Shown here piece after piece: positions 57,946 through 64,000 of a DNA stretch of 64,000 nucleotides. The DNA lies in the IMG/VR virus record IMGVR_UViG_3300008108_000011, positions 96,001-160,000 of that record. One strand, written 5' to 3'. Every line of letters begins with the position of its first letter. The first letter of the stretch is position 1. The DNA is from a virus. A program made the translations under genes and the position numbers. The notes under the pieces are model-generated. The model saw nothing but the letters and a program-made list of their open reading frames with translations, ran no database searches and had not been told where the DNA came from.

Positions 57946-58586
57946 AACTAATCACCGAAGCAATTGAGGATATTCAAATCCTCGAAGAAGAAACCAACGG
58001 TAAAAAAAATCTTTACATTGAAGGTGTATTCCTTCAAGGAGATATTAAAAACCGCAACGGTCGTGTATATCCCTTTGGCGTTCTAGAACGCGAAGTTGGT
58101 AGATACACTGAACAGTATGTAAATGTTGGTCGTGCTCTCGGTGAACTAGGTCATCCTGATGGTCCTACTGTTAACTTGGATCGCGTGTCACATAAAATTG
58201 TTTCTCTAAAAGCAGAAGGTTCTAATTTTATTGGTAAAGCACAGATCCTAAATACTCCCATGGGAAACATTGCTAAGTCACTTTTGGAATCAGGAGTAAA
58301 GCTTGGCGTTTCTTCAAGGGGCATGGGTTCTATCGAAGAGAAGAACGGTGCCAATTATGTTCGTGATGATTTCATGCTTGCAACTGCTGCCGACATCGTA
58401 GCAGATCCCTCCGCACCTGACGCATTTGTGAACGGAATTATGGAAGGTAAAGAGTGGGTATGGGAAAATGGCATTATTAAGGAAGTTAATATTGCTAAAT
58501 ATCATAAGTATATTTCTGAATCTACCAGAAAAAATCTTGAGGAGAGGTCACTGAAAGCGTTCAGTCACTTCTTACAAAGTTTGTAA
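57942..58586 (+). CDS. gp21: Prohead protease gp21
   Basis: YIEGVFLQGDIKNRNGRVYP; ALGELGHP; LGVSSRGMGS; DIVADPSAPDAFV. Confidence 0.97.
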   Translation: MKLITEAIEDIQILEEETNGKKNLYIEGVFLQGDIKNRNGRVYPFGVLEREVGRYTEQYVNVGRALGELGHPDGPTVNLDRVSHKIVSLKAEGSNFIGKAQILNTPMGNIAKSLLESGVKLGVSSRGMGSIEEKNGANYVRDDFMLATAADIVADPSAPDAFVNGIMEGKEWVWENGIIKEVNIAKYHKYISESTRKNLEERSLKAFSHFLQSL

Positions 58587-58589
58587 TTT

Positions 58590-58597
58590 CATAAATA
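58590..58597 (+). promoter_or_regulatory. Late promoter variant (CATAAATA)
   Basis: Upstream of gp22 with SD GAGG. Confidence 0.65.
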
Positions 58598-58638
58598 ATC
58601 ATAGAATAAACACATATTAGAATTACGAGGAATCTCAA

Positions 58639-59766
58639 ATGTCAGATAACTTAAACGAAAAGTTTGAGGAGCTTGTAACTGAATCAGAAGTTGGCACTAG
58701 TGCGCTCTCCCCCGCTATCGTTCCTGGTCAATCATCTGGTATCGGTCAATACATGCATCCCGTTACTGGTCAAGTAAGCGACGCACAAACACGCGGCGGT
58801 CACAAAGACTCAGGTTTTGAACTATCCACTTCCCTTGCTCCTGGTCAATCAGAGGAAGATAATGGTGGTTCAACTTTCGAAGAACCAGAAGGAAAGGATA
58901 ATCCTGGAGCAAAAGCTGCTAAGCATAACAGCAAAGTTAGCGATGAGCAAACCCGTGGTAAGCACCAAGATTCAGGTTTCTCGGTTAAGTCATCTGGTTA
59001 TGGTGTCGAAAACGGCCCCAACAATACAAAAGTATTTGGTATGGAAGCAATCAAATATTCCGCTGCGGAAGATGTTGCTGCCCTAACCGAAGGCGAAGAG
59101 TTCTCAGAAGAGTTCAAAGCAAAGGCAACTACAATCTTTGAAGCTGCTGTTAAGTCGCGCATCGAAGAGCAAGTAACTGCTATTGCTTCAACCCTAGAAG
59201 AGCAGTTCTCCGCCAAACTACAAGAGGAAATTGCTACCCTCTCAGAGAAAGTTGATGAAACTCTCCAGTATGCAATCACCACTTGGGTAGAAGAGAACCA
59301 AGTTGCACTCGATGCAGGTCTCAAGCTTGAGATTGCAGAAGAGTTCATGGGTGGTCTCAAAAAAGTTTTTGAAGATAACTACCTCAGCATTCCCGACGAG
59401 AAGATTCAAGTCGTGGAAGAAATGACCGAGGAGCTTTGTGAAATGGAAACACGCCTTAACGAACAGGTTGAGCGTAATATTGAACTTAATAATAAACTCG
59501 CTGGATATCAAAAAACTGTAATCCTCAATCAAATGAGCGAGGGTCTAGTTGATACCCAAAGAGAAAAACTTGCTTCTCTCGCTGAAGGCGTAGAGTTTGT
59601 CTCTGAAGAAGACTTCAAAGGCAAAGTTTCAACCCTCATCTCTAGTTACTTCCCTAAGCATGTTGTAACTGAGCAAGTAACACCTGAAGTCTCTGGCGAT
59701 GCATCTGCAGAACATTCCCCAGTAATGGCGGCATATCTACAGGCGCTATCACGCTGGAGCAACTGA
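58639..59766 (+). CDS. gp22: Prohead core scaffold protein gp22
   Basis: FSEEFKAKATTIFEAAV; VDETLQYAITTWVEENQVA; KLASLAEGVEF; between gp21 and gp23. Confidence 0.93.
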   Translation: MSDNLNEKFEELVTESEVGTSALSPAIVPGQSSGIGQYMHPVTGQVSDAQTRGGHKDSGFELSTSLAPGQSEEDNGGSTFEEPEGKDNPGAKAAKHNSKVSDEQTRGKHQDSGFSVKSSGYGVENGPNNTKVFGMEAIKYSAAEDVAALTEGEEFSEEFKAKATTIFEAAVKSRIEEQVTAIASTLEEQFSAKLQEEIATLSEKVDETLQYAITTWVEENQVALDAGLKLEIAEEFMGGLKKVFEDNYLSIPDEKIQVVEEMTEELCEMETRLNEQVERNIELNNKLAGYQKTVILNQMSEGLVDTQREKLASLAEGVEFVSEEDFKGKVSTLISSYFPKHVVTEQVTPEVSGDASAEHSPVMAAYLQALSRWSN

Positions 59767-59811
59767 TCATAACGTAAAAACAATCCACTAAACTCAAAGG
59801 AGTAAAGCAAA

Positions 59812-61227
59812 ATGTCAGATTCAAGACTTTTGCAGGAAAAGTGGGCACCTGTTCTTAATCACGGTGGCCTCCCTGAAATCAAGGATGCATATCGTAAACA
59901 GGTTGTCGCCACCCTGCTAGAAAACCAAGAGCGTGCAGTTCGTGAAGAGTATGGAATGCTCAACGAAGTTGCTGTCAACTCGCTTGGCGCTACTTCCATT
60001 TCACCTGCTGGTTCAGCTCTATCATCTACCAACACTGCTGGTCTCGCTGGTTTCGATCCTATCCTAATCAGCCTAATTCGCCGTTCAATGCCCAACCTTG
60101 TCGCTTATGACATCGCTGGCGTTCAACCAATGAGCGGTCCTACTGGTCTTATCTTCGCAATGCGTGCTCGTTACGAAGCACAAGACGGTGCAGAAGCTCT
60201 ATACTACGAGCCAGACGAAGCATTCTCAACCAACTACGATGCTACTCAGGGCGCTTACAGCGTTCGTAACGCATCTGGTTCAGGTGGAGACGCTGAGGGC
60301 AACAACCCTGCTGTTCTTAACGACGGCACTCCTGGCACCTACGAAGTTGCTCGTGGCATGAGCCGTGAGACTTCTGAAACTCTAGGCGAAGCAAACAAGC
60401 TTTTCCGCGAAATGAGCTTCAGCATCGAGAAGACTTCGGTAACTGCGAAGACTCGTGCTCTCAAGGCAGAATACACCCTAGAACTCGCTCAAGACCTCAA
60501 GGCTATTCATGGTCTTGATGCCGAGCAAGAGCTCGCCAACCTACTCTCAAGCGAGATCCTCGCTGAGATCAACCGTGAGATCATCCGTACCGTCTACACT
60601 GTTGCACTTCCTGGTGCTCAGAACGACGTTGCTACTCAGGGTACTTTCGACCTTGATATCGATTCAAACGGTCGTTGGATGGCAGAGAAGTTCAAGGGTC
60701 TCCTATTCCAGATTCAGCGTGATGCAAACGCTATCGGTCAGTTAACACGTAGAGGTAAGGGCAACTTCATGATCTGCTCAGCAGACGTTGCTTCCGCTAT
60801 GAGCATGGCTGGTATGCTTGACTACGCTCCTGCTCTCAACACTTCACTCAACGTTGATGACACTGGTAACGTATTTGCTGGTGTTCTCCAGGGTGGTATC
60901 CGTGTTTACATCGATCCATTCGGTGCTCCTATCTATAGTCAGTCACAAGCTGCTAAGCACTACTATGTTATGGGTTACAAGGGCACATCACCTTATGATG
61001 CTGGTCTCTTCTATTGCCCATACGTTCCTCTCCAAATGGTTCGTTCGATCAATCCTGACACCTTCCAGCCTAAGATTGGCTTCAAGACTCGTTACGGCAT
61101 GGTCAGCAACCCATTCGTCTCGACCACTAACACCAACGGTATCGCTGGTGCTACTCCTGACGGTTCAACTCTCACTGCTAATACCAACCAGTATTACAGA
61201 AGAGTTAAGGTTATCAACCTCACCTGA
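59812..61227 (+). CDS. gp23: Major capsid protein gp23
   Basis: LIRRSMPNLVAYDIAGVQPMSGPTGLIFAMR; KTRALKAEYTLELAQDLKAIHGLDAEQEL; DAGLFYCPYVPL; QPKIGFKTRYG. Confidence 0.99.
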   Translation: MSDSRLLQEKWAPVLNHGGLPEIKDAYRKQVVATLLENQERAVREEYGMLNEVAVNSLGATSISPAGSALSSTNTAGLAGFDPILISLIRRSMPNLVAYDIAGVQPMSGPTGLIFAMRARYEAQDGAEALYYEPDEAFSTNYDATQGAYSVRNASGSGGDAEGNNPAVLNDGTPGTYEVARGMSRETSETLGEANKLFREMSFSIEKTSVTAKTRALKAEYTLELAQDLKAIHGLDAEQELANLLSSEILAEINREIIRTVYTVALPGAQNDVATQGTFDLDIDSNGRWMAEKFKGLLFQIQRDANAIGQLTRRGKGNFMICSADVASAMSMAGMLDYAPALNTSLNVDDTGNVFAGVLQGGIRVYIDPFGAPIYSQSQAAKHYYVMGYKGTSPYDAGLFYCPYVPLQMVRSINPDTFQPKIGFKTRYGMVSNPFVSTTNTNGIAGATPDGSTLTANTNQYYRRVKVINLT

Positions 61228-61245
61228 TTCTCAGGTAAATACTTT

Positions 61246-61270
61246 GACCCCCGCAAGGGGGTCTTTTTTT
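61246..61270 (+). terminator. Intrinsic terminator after gp23
   Basis: GACCCCC-GCAA-GGGGGTC followed by T7; preceded by a small ACCTGA-TTC-TCAGGT hairpin (61222-61236) over the stop codon. Confidence 0.92.
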
Positions 61271-61275
61271 ATGCA

Positions 61276-61283
61276 AATAAATA
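61276..61283 (+). promoter_or_regulatory. Late promoter variant (AATAAATA)
   Basis: Just downstream of the gp23 terminator, upstream of gp3. Confidence 0.6.
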
Positions 61284-61302
61284 GAGAAAAAAGGATAAGG
61301 TC

Positions 61303-61794
61303 ATGCCTGCAAAATGGTTTGAAGAGCAACCAAGTAATAGAAATTTTCTTGCTCCTTCAGGATTTAAAATATCATTAGAATTATTTCCTGGTGTAGATTT
61401 TTTCTGCCAACAAGCAAGCATTCCAGATATTAGTGTGGGTTTCACCGAAGTATCAACTCCATTTAGAGGAGTTCCTATAGTATCATCTGGTGGTATTACA
61501 TATGGAGATTTACGATTAAAATTTATTATAGATGAAGATCTACATAATTATCAAACTATATTTAAATGGATAGAAAAAAATAATCTTGCTAGGGAGTATT
61601 CTGAAGACACTATAGAATATTCAAAGGGAGAATTATTAATTTTAAATAGTAACATGAAAAGAAATAGAGTAGTTTATTTTACAGATTTATTTCCAGTAAG
61701 TTTAACTGGAGTAGACTTTGATGTTGCTGACACTGATGTGGATTATTTGACAGCAGATGTTACTTTAAAGTTCAGAGAATTTAGATTTAATTAA
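61303..61794 (+). CDS. gp3: Tail completion / tube terminator protein gp3
   Basis: NRNFLAPSGF; VDFFCQQASIPDI; FIIDEDLHNY; FTDLFPVSLTG. Confidence 0.9.
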   Translation: MPAKWFEEQPSNRNFLAPSGFKISLELFPGVDFFCQQASIPDISVGFTEVSTPFRGVPIVSSGGITYGDLRLKFIIDEDLHNYQTIFKWIEKNNLAREYSEDTIEYSKGELLILNSNMKRNRVVYFTDLFPVSLTGVDFDVADTDVDYLTADVTLKFREFRFN

Positions 61795-61805
61795 TGGAGT
61801 AATTT

Positions 61806-62282
61806 ATGAAGTTTGATGATTTGAGAAACCTTTTTAATCATGTTAAATCAGAATGGCAAGAAGATTCACATATCGACTTCCAGTTTAAAAACAAACAATA
61901 CTCAGCAGACCTAGCACAAATCTCGCTAGACATCCCTTATCAACACAATAAATATTTAAACTTCTACAACGATTTTTCTACCGAGAAGACAGCACTGGAA
62001 TTCCAGTATCGTATGAAGTTAAAAGAAAAAAGAGAATATTATCAAGGCGAAGCCGATCCTGAAGTTTACAAAGAAAAACCTTTTGGGCAATCCATCAAAA
62101 CATCCGAGAAGATGAAAGTATACCTCGAAGCGGATGAGGATTTAATTAATATTGAGATGAAAATAGAGTTTATTAATAAGGCACTTTTCTTTTTGGATAA
62201 TGTTCTTAAAATGATTTCCAATAGAAGTTTCCAAATTAAAAACGCTATCGAGTGGGAGAAATTTATTAACGGTAGCACCTAA
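61806..62282 (+). CDS. uvsY: Recombination mediator UvsY
   Basis: IPYQHNKYL; KREYYQGEADPEVY; ISNRSFQIKNAIEW; precedes uvsW. Confidence 0.9.
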   Translation: MKFDDLRNLFNHVKSEWQEDSHIDFQFKNKQYSADLAQISLDIPYQHNKYLNFYNDFSTEKTALEFQYRMKLKEKREYYQGEADPEVYKEKPFGQSIKTSEKMKVYLEADEDLINIEMKIEFINKALFFLDNVLKMISNRSFQIKNAIEWEKFINGST

Positions 62283-63760
62283 TGACGAATCTTGTCGTAG
62301 CAAAGAAGAATAACATCTTCTTAACAATTAAAGCGGAACCACACGTTCACTATGAACTTGCAGACTATTTCACATTCGATATCCCCAACGCCAAGTTTAT
62401 GCCCCAATATAGAAGTGGCGTCTGGGATGGTAAGATACGACTTTATTCACCAGGAACAGGCGAGCTCTATTGTGGTCTCATCACACACCTCAAAGAGTGG
62501 AGCGGTATCAAAGGTTATTCAATTGAATACCAAGGTAACAAGTTCTATGGAGACGTAGAAGAAAAAAATGATCAGATTACGTTAGAAGGTGTCAGGGGAT
62601 TTATGGCGGCTGTGTGTCCGAATCATAACCCAAGAGATTATCAAGTGCAAGCAGTATATGAGGCACTTCTAAATAACCGCAGGTTACTTTTGTCTCCTAC
62701 TGCATCAGGTAAATCCCTGATGATTTACTCTTTGGTTAGGTATTACTATGCCTCAGAATACAAAAAGACGGGCAAGAAGACGCTCATTATTGTTCCTACC
62801 ACTTCGTTGGTTGAGCAAATGTATAATGATTTTGCCGACTATGGCTGGGATGTTGATAGCTATTGTCATAGAATATATGGTGGAAAAGATAAGAACGTAG
62901 AGAAAGCAGTTATCATTTCTACTTGGCAATCTATCTACAAGTTTCCTAAGCGTTGGTTTGATGACTTCTCCTGTGTCATCGGTGACGAGGCACACCTATT
63001 CAAATCTAAATCTCTTACTGGCATCATGACTAAGTTGCATGAAGCTAAGTATCGTTTTGGTTTCACTGGCACACTTGATGGATCTGCTACTCATAAGTGG
63101 GTGCTGGAAGGATTGTTTGGTGAATGTAAGCATGTTACCAAGACAGAAAAACTTATCAAAGAAGGTCACCTATCTGATTTCAGAATCAAAGTTCTTTTGC
63201 TGAAGCATGAGAGAATGGAGTTCTTTGATTATCAAGGAGAGATTGATGCGATTGTAGATAATCCAAAACGCAATAGGTTGATTAAAAATCTTGTGCGTGA
63301 CTTAGAAGGAAACTCTCTGGTTCTCTTCAACTATGTTGAGCGTCACGGGATGCCACTTTACGAGGCGATAAATAGTGTTGTTGAAGAAGGTCGTAAAGTT
63401 TTTCTTGTCTATGGTGGTGTAGACACTGAAGAACGCGAAGAGATTAGACGCATCACTGAAACTGAAAACAACGCAGTGATTGTTGCTTCATACGGAACAT
63501 TCAGCACTGGCATCAACATTCGTAATCTACACAATGTTGTATTTGCTTCACCTTCAAAATCAAGAGTAAGAAACTTACAGTCTATCGGTCGTGTGTTGCG
63601 TAAGGGCAACAACAAAACTTATGCAACTCTTTATGATATTGCAGATGAGTATTGCAGAACACCACAGAAAAATTACACGCTGAAACATTTAGATGAGCGT
63701 TTGAAAATTTATGAAGAAGAAAAGTTTAATGTAGAAATCATCAAACTCGATTTAAAATGA
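62282..63760 (+). CDS. uvsW: DNA helicase UvsW
   Basis: PRDYQ; SPTASGKS; IGDEAH; RFGFTGT; TFSTGINI; LQSIGRVLR. Confidence 0.97.
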   Translation: MTNLVVAKKNNIFLTIKAEPHVHYELADYFTFDIPNAKFMPQYRSGVWDGKIRLYSPGTGELYCGLITHLKEWSGIKGYSIEYQGNKFYGDVEEKNDQITLEGVRGFMAAVCPNHNPRDYQVQAVYEALLNNRRLLLSPTASGKSLMIYSLVRYYYASEYKKTGKKTLIIVPTTSLVEQMYNDFADYGWDVDSYCHRIYGGKDKNVEKAVIISTWQSIYKFPKRWFDDFSCVIGDEAHLFKSKSLTGIMTKLHEAKYRFGFTGTLDGSATHKWVLEGLFGECKHVTKTEKLIKEGHLSDFRIKVLLLKHERMEFFDYQGEIDAIVDNPKRNRLIKNLVRDLEGNSLVLFNYVERHGMPLYEAINSVVEEGRKVFLVYGGVDTEEREEIRRITETENNAVIVASYGTFSTGINIRNLHNVVFASPSKSRVRNLQSIGRVLRKGNNKTYATLYDIADEYCRTPQKNYTLKHLDERLKIYEEEKFNVEIIKLDLK

Positions 63761-63761
63761 T

Positions 63762-64000
63762 ATGGAAGAAGAATTTTATGCAACTATTAAATTAACTTCA
63801 GGTGAAGAGATTGTAGCTAAAGTTAGTTACGATCCAGATGATGATGTAGTAGTGGTTTTAGAACCAAGATTAATTGAAAAAGTAGAACAAAAAAAAGGCA
63901 ATGCAATTATAGAAGGTATTGTTTTTGATGATTGGATTAATGCAACTTATGAAAATATGTTTGTTATTCCCCGTAATCAAATTATTACAATGATTGAACT
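63762..64000 (+). CDS. Partial conserved protein downstream of uvsW (Sm-like fold suspected), runs off the window
   Basis: Read by hand: MEEEFYATIKLTSGEEIVAKV...WINATYENMFVIPRNQIITMIE; no stop before window end. Confidence 0.75.
   Translation, partial: MEEEFYATIKLTSGEEIVAKVSYDPDDDVVVVLEPRLIEKVEQKKGNAIIEGIVFDDWINATYENMFVIPRNQIITMIE

Noticed and set aside
59812-61227. Raised GC and C-ending codons in gp23 as horizontal transfer
   Set aside because: Better explained by translational codon bias of the most highly expressed gene; synteny is canonical
30302-62558. Short + strand ORFs in alternative frames inside larger genes (e.g. 30302, 31631, 36932, 58817, 60164, 60509, 62352)
   Set aside because: Out-of-frame by-products of biased codon usage; no RBS or motif support
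1353-63615. The many minus-strand ORFs in the track (60-186 aa)
   Set aside because: Nearly all lie antisense to long, well-supported + strand genes, show no family motifs and have shadow-like composition
51844-63760. Introns or inteins in gp17, gp20, gp23 or uvsW
   Set aside because: All four are continuous ORFs of ordinary length with motifs in normal spacing
1-64000. CRISPR array, tRNA or rRNA genes
   Set aside because: Intergenic gaps are short and contain no regularly spaced repeats or cloverleaf signatures

Overview
This window is the virion-morphogenesis region of a T4-like myovirus, almost certainly a cyanophage, judged from gene order, protein families and NATAAATA late promoters. 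All supported genes are on the + strand. It opens with the end of a high-GC segment (about 65% GC over 1-240) carrying a HicA-like ORF, then drops abruptly to about 32% GC. Small ORFs (AbrB-like, PAAR) follow, then the baseplate block (gp25, gp6, a 3251-aa gp7-like protein, gp8, a 2715-aa VrlC/DUF4815-like protein). Next come two very large fibre/spike proteins, three tandem LamG-like lectins, a second fibre with two companion genes, and an enzyme cassette (four 2OG-Fe(II) oxygenases plus a U32-family/SAM-methyltransferase fusion). The window ends with the canonical gp13-14-15-16-17-18-19-20-21-22-23-gp3-uvsY-uvsW run and a truncated last ORF. The most striking observation is two tandem helical domains inside the 2718-aa fibre that match the phycobiliprotein pattern by eye, including cysteines at positions resembling both bilin-attachment sites of beta-phycocyanin. 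This suggests a possibly chromophorylated virion protein. Second is the fibre-linked hydroxylase/methyltransferase cassette. No tRNA, rRNA, CRISPR array, reverse transcriptase, intron or intein was seen. Family assignments come from motif recognition and recalled consensus sequences, not database searches.
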